Source: Spirochaetia bacterium
GTDB lineage: Bacteria > Spirochaetota > Spirochaetia > SZUA-6 > Bin103
Assembly (NCBI GenBank): GCA_965203905.1
Contig: CBDBDQ010000005.1
Location: forward strand, 5,344,001 to 5,408,000
Direction of reading: 5' to 3'
Length of the DNA stretch: 64,000 nucleotides
The notes beneath the pieces are model-generated. The model saw nothing but the letters and a program-made list of their open reading frames with translations, did no database searches and had not been told where the DNA came from. Within the stretch, counting starts at the first letter, position 1. Each line of letters opens with the position of its first letter. Positions 61,738 through 64,000 of the stretch are shown piece by piece. Made by a program: the position numbers and the translations under genes.

Positions 61738-63222
61738 CTATGCCCAGAAGGGCGCGTAGCCGCTGCGCGGATGTGCCGGGTCGGCAGGTTTGATCAGCCC
61801 GCGATCCCGTGCGATGCGAATCACTTGCGACACTTGGGCACTGCTGCGGGCGGCGAGGCCGAAGCGCTGTCGGAGGCTGGAATTGGTCAGCGACCCACGT
61901 TCCAGGAACTTCAACACCGCATGTTGGTAACAGGCTCGTACCCGTTCCTGGACCGACATCTCCCCGAACCTGGCTGGCGCGTAGAGAATCGCGCGGGTCG
62001 CTTCTATGCGTCCGTTTCCTACCTGGAAGTCGGGTGGCGGCATCTGCCGGCGCTCCACGGCCGCCACTACCTTGTCGATACCGGTGCCTTGCTCCTCACA
62101 CAGTTTCATTCGACGCATGAACGCTGCGAGTGCTTCGTTGCGCGAACGCGGTGGAGCGTCGATGAACCGACTCGGACTGATCAATGGGCTGCCTGGATTG
62201 GTGACTTCCAGCCGATTGCTGAACAGCTCGACGGATGGACCGGCGCCGGTGATCGTCATGTCCTGATGAATGAGTGCATTGGCGACCAACTCACGGATTG
62301 CGACCGGAGGGAACCGCGGATGCTCGGTGCGGAATGCCTTTCCGATCTGTTCGTGACTGGGTATCAGCCGGTCGATATAGTCGACCACGCTCACGAACCC
62401 GGCGGCGTAGCCGCGAGGCTCGTCGTACCGGTGGATCACGGTGTCCGCCCGGCTCGGCCCGTCATAGGCGGTAAAGCGTACGGCTTTGCGGGCCACGCTC
62501 GTGTTGAACTGGTCGAGGCGCTTGGCGAACAGTATTGCCCCGAGATGGGTGATGTTCCAGTGGCCTCCGACATCGGAGGCGATAACGCGATCGTGGCTCA
62601 AGCGTTCAATGATTCCTTGCCGGTTGTTCGGTAGCGGTTGCTCGGTAAGGTCGAAGTAGCTGGGATAGTCGATCCGGGCAAGCACCTCTTCTTCGGTCAG
62701 AAAGTTCGCCGCGATCCCGGTTTCCCACAAGAACGGCTGCAGCTTTCTCCAAAGCGCTCTTTGGCGATCCGGATAATCGGCCAGGCGCGGGGTCGCGGAT
62801 CCGATCCGCAGGTACGCGGTGCGGTCGAAGTCCACCGGACTCGAAGTTGCCGCGGGGATCGTCAGCAGCACCAGCCGCCCACGCGGATGCGACACGGTCT
62901 GAAATCGAAACGCCACATCCGGGTTGAGTCGCTGGGCCAGCCAGAACGCCAGCGGCTGGCCGTTTCGTTCCATCGAGTCCGGATCGAAGCTGGTGCCGGT
63001 TATCGAGTGATCGGAGTCCCGAACACCCCAGACCAGATACCCGAATTGGCGTTCTTCGAGGGCGGCGGCATTCGCGAGCGCGGAGATATACTTGCCGATG
63101 ACGACTGGTGCGGAGTTGCTTCCCTTGAACTCGACACAAGCAGTCTCGTTCGAGGCTGCCAGCAAATCATCGATCAGCGCGAGCGTGCGGTTTCTGTTCG
63201 GCGGGTTGGCCGACGCCGGCAT
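61738..63222 (-). CDS. AlbA_2 (Schlafen-like) / HATPase_c_4 / wHTH ATP-binding protein
   Basis: VEFK, ISALAN, LVWGV.D; AIRELVANALIHQD, RLEVTNPG, SRNE, EEQGTGIDK. Confidence 0.88.
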   Translation of the reverse strand: MPASANPPNRNRTLALIDDLLAASNETACVEFKGSNSAPVVIGKYISALANAAALEERQFGYLVWGVRDSDHSITGTSFDPDSMERNGQPLAFWLAQRLNPDVAFRFQTVSHPRGRLVLLTIPAATSSPVDFDRTAYLRIGSATPRLADYPDRQRALWRKLQPFLWETGIAANFLTEEEVLARIDYPSYFDLTEQPLPNNRQGIIERLSHDRVIASDVGGHWNITHLGAILFAKRLDQFNTSVARKAVRFTAYDGPSRADTVIHRYDEPRGYAAGFVSVVDYIDRLIPSHEQIGKAFRTEHPRFPPVAIRELVANALIHQDMTITGAGPSVELFSNRLEVTNPGSPLISPSRFIDAPPRSRNEALAAFMRRMKLCEEQGTGIDKVVAAVERRQMPPPDFQVGNGRIEATRAILYAPARFGEMSVQERVRACYQHAVLKFLERGSLTNSSLRQRFGLAARSSAQVSQVIRIARDRGLIKPADPAHPRSGYAPFWA

Positions 63223-63305
63223 GACTTCTCGAACCTAATTTCGAACCCCGCCGACGTCAAGCAAGTGGCCGGGACGATCGGGCCGCGAGCCGCGATGGAA
63301 CGCCG

Positions 63306-64000
63306 TCAGTGGATGGCGAACAGGTCCTGGGCGTTGCCGGCGTAGATGCGGGCCAGGTCGTCGGGCGGAAGGCCGAGCTGGTCGAGGGCCTCCGTCAGCA
63401 GGCGGATCTCCACCCATGGGTGGTCACTGCTGAACAGCATCCGTTCCGAGCCGGCGAACTCGTGCACCAGGCGCAGCGCCGGCGGCCAGGGCGAGGCGGT
63501 GTCCAGGTACACGCGCCGGTACAGCTCGGTGGCGGGGCGCGTGATGCGTTCGGTGCCGCGGCCCATCACCTCGGTCTGGTGGCGGATGCGGCCCCAGAGG
63601 TAGGGCAGCACGCCGCCGCAGTGCGGCTGCACGACCTGCAGGCGGGGAAAGCGTTCCAGCACGCCGCTCAGGACCAGGCGCATGGCGGCGAAGCTGTGGT
63701 CGACCATCAGGCCCGCCATGGTGATCATCGAATAATCGGCTATCTCCGCGCCCCAGGGGGGCACGCACGGGTGCAGCACCAGCGGCAGCCCCCGCGCTTC
63801 CAGCCGGGCGTAGATCGGCAGGTACGCGGCGCCGTCCACCGGCCCGCTGCCGACGTGGGAGTAGAGCATGACCCCGCGCAGGCCCAGCTCGCCGGCGGCG
63901 CGCTCCAACTCCGCCAGTGCCGCGTCCGGCACCTGCCACGGCAGGCAGGCCAGGCCGGCCAGGCGCTGCGGGTGGCGCGCGCAGGCGGCGGCCAGTTCCT
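63306..64000 (-). CDS. Amidohydrolase family 2 protein, 5' part outside window
   Basis: LVLHP, HCGGVLPY, YLDT, LFSSDHPW, GNAQDLF. Confidence 0.88.
   Translation of the reverse strand, partial: ELAAACARHPQRLAGLACLPWQVPDAALAELERAAGELGLRGVMLYSHVGSGPVDGAAYLPIYARLEARGLPLVLHPCVPPWGAEIADYSMITMAGLMVDHSFAAMRLVLSGVLERFPRLQVVQPHCGGVLPYLWGRIRHQTEVMGRGTERITRPATELYRRVYLDTASPWPPALRLVHEFAGSERMLFSSDHPWVEIRLLTEALDQLGLPPDDLARIYAGNAQDLFAIH

Noticed and set aside
1-64000. CRISPR array, rRNA or tRNA genes
   Set aside because: No regularly spaced repeats, cas genes, or cloverleaf/T-loop context seen by eye; tRNAscan-SE and MinCED would be needed to exclude them formally.

Overview
High-GC bacterial DNA. The Uma2, HNH, DUF433/PIN and PhyH genes and the style of the family-5 binding protein suggest a host-associated (e.g. 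sponge-type) metagenome bin; this is inference. Intact metabolic and transport genes occupy about 0-8.7, 21-26.3 and 55-64 kb, and accessory DNA lies between them. (1) A decayed island at about 9.2-20.4 kb is bounded by an AlpA remnant and a P4-type integrase remnant. Between two copies of a dead tyrosine recombinase it carries a low-GC, tightly coupled three-gene operon: radical SAM enzyme, DUF6375-like small protein, and a REase-like/STAND (Avs2-like) ATPase. This is the best candidate for an undescribed defence system. (2) A low-GC three-gene module at 26.7-28.1 kb resembles a toxin-antitoxin-chaperone system. (3) A fully resolvable nested insertion: a HEPN-like gene is split by an ISKra4-family element (23-bp IRs, 9-bp TSD), whose DUF4338 passenger is split by an IS3 element (25-bp IRs, 3-bp TSD) carrying IS21-derived cargo. 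(4) A type I R-M locus has an embedded DUF433/PIN pair and a tandem, internally deleted second copy. (5) Many intact and broken TA modules. Several single-base frameshifts in otherwise intact genes look like long-read indel errors. No rRNA, tRNA or CRISPR array was seen. All family assignments come from motif recognition by eye, not database searches.
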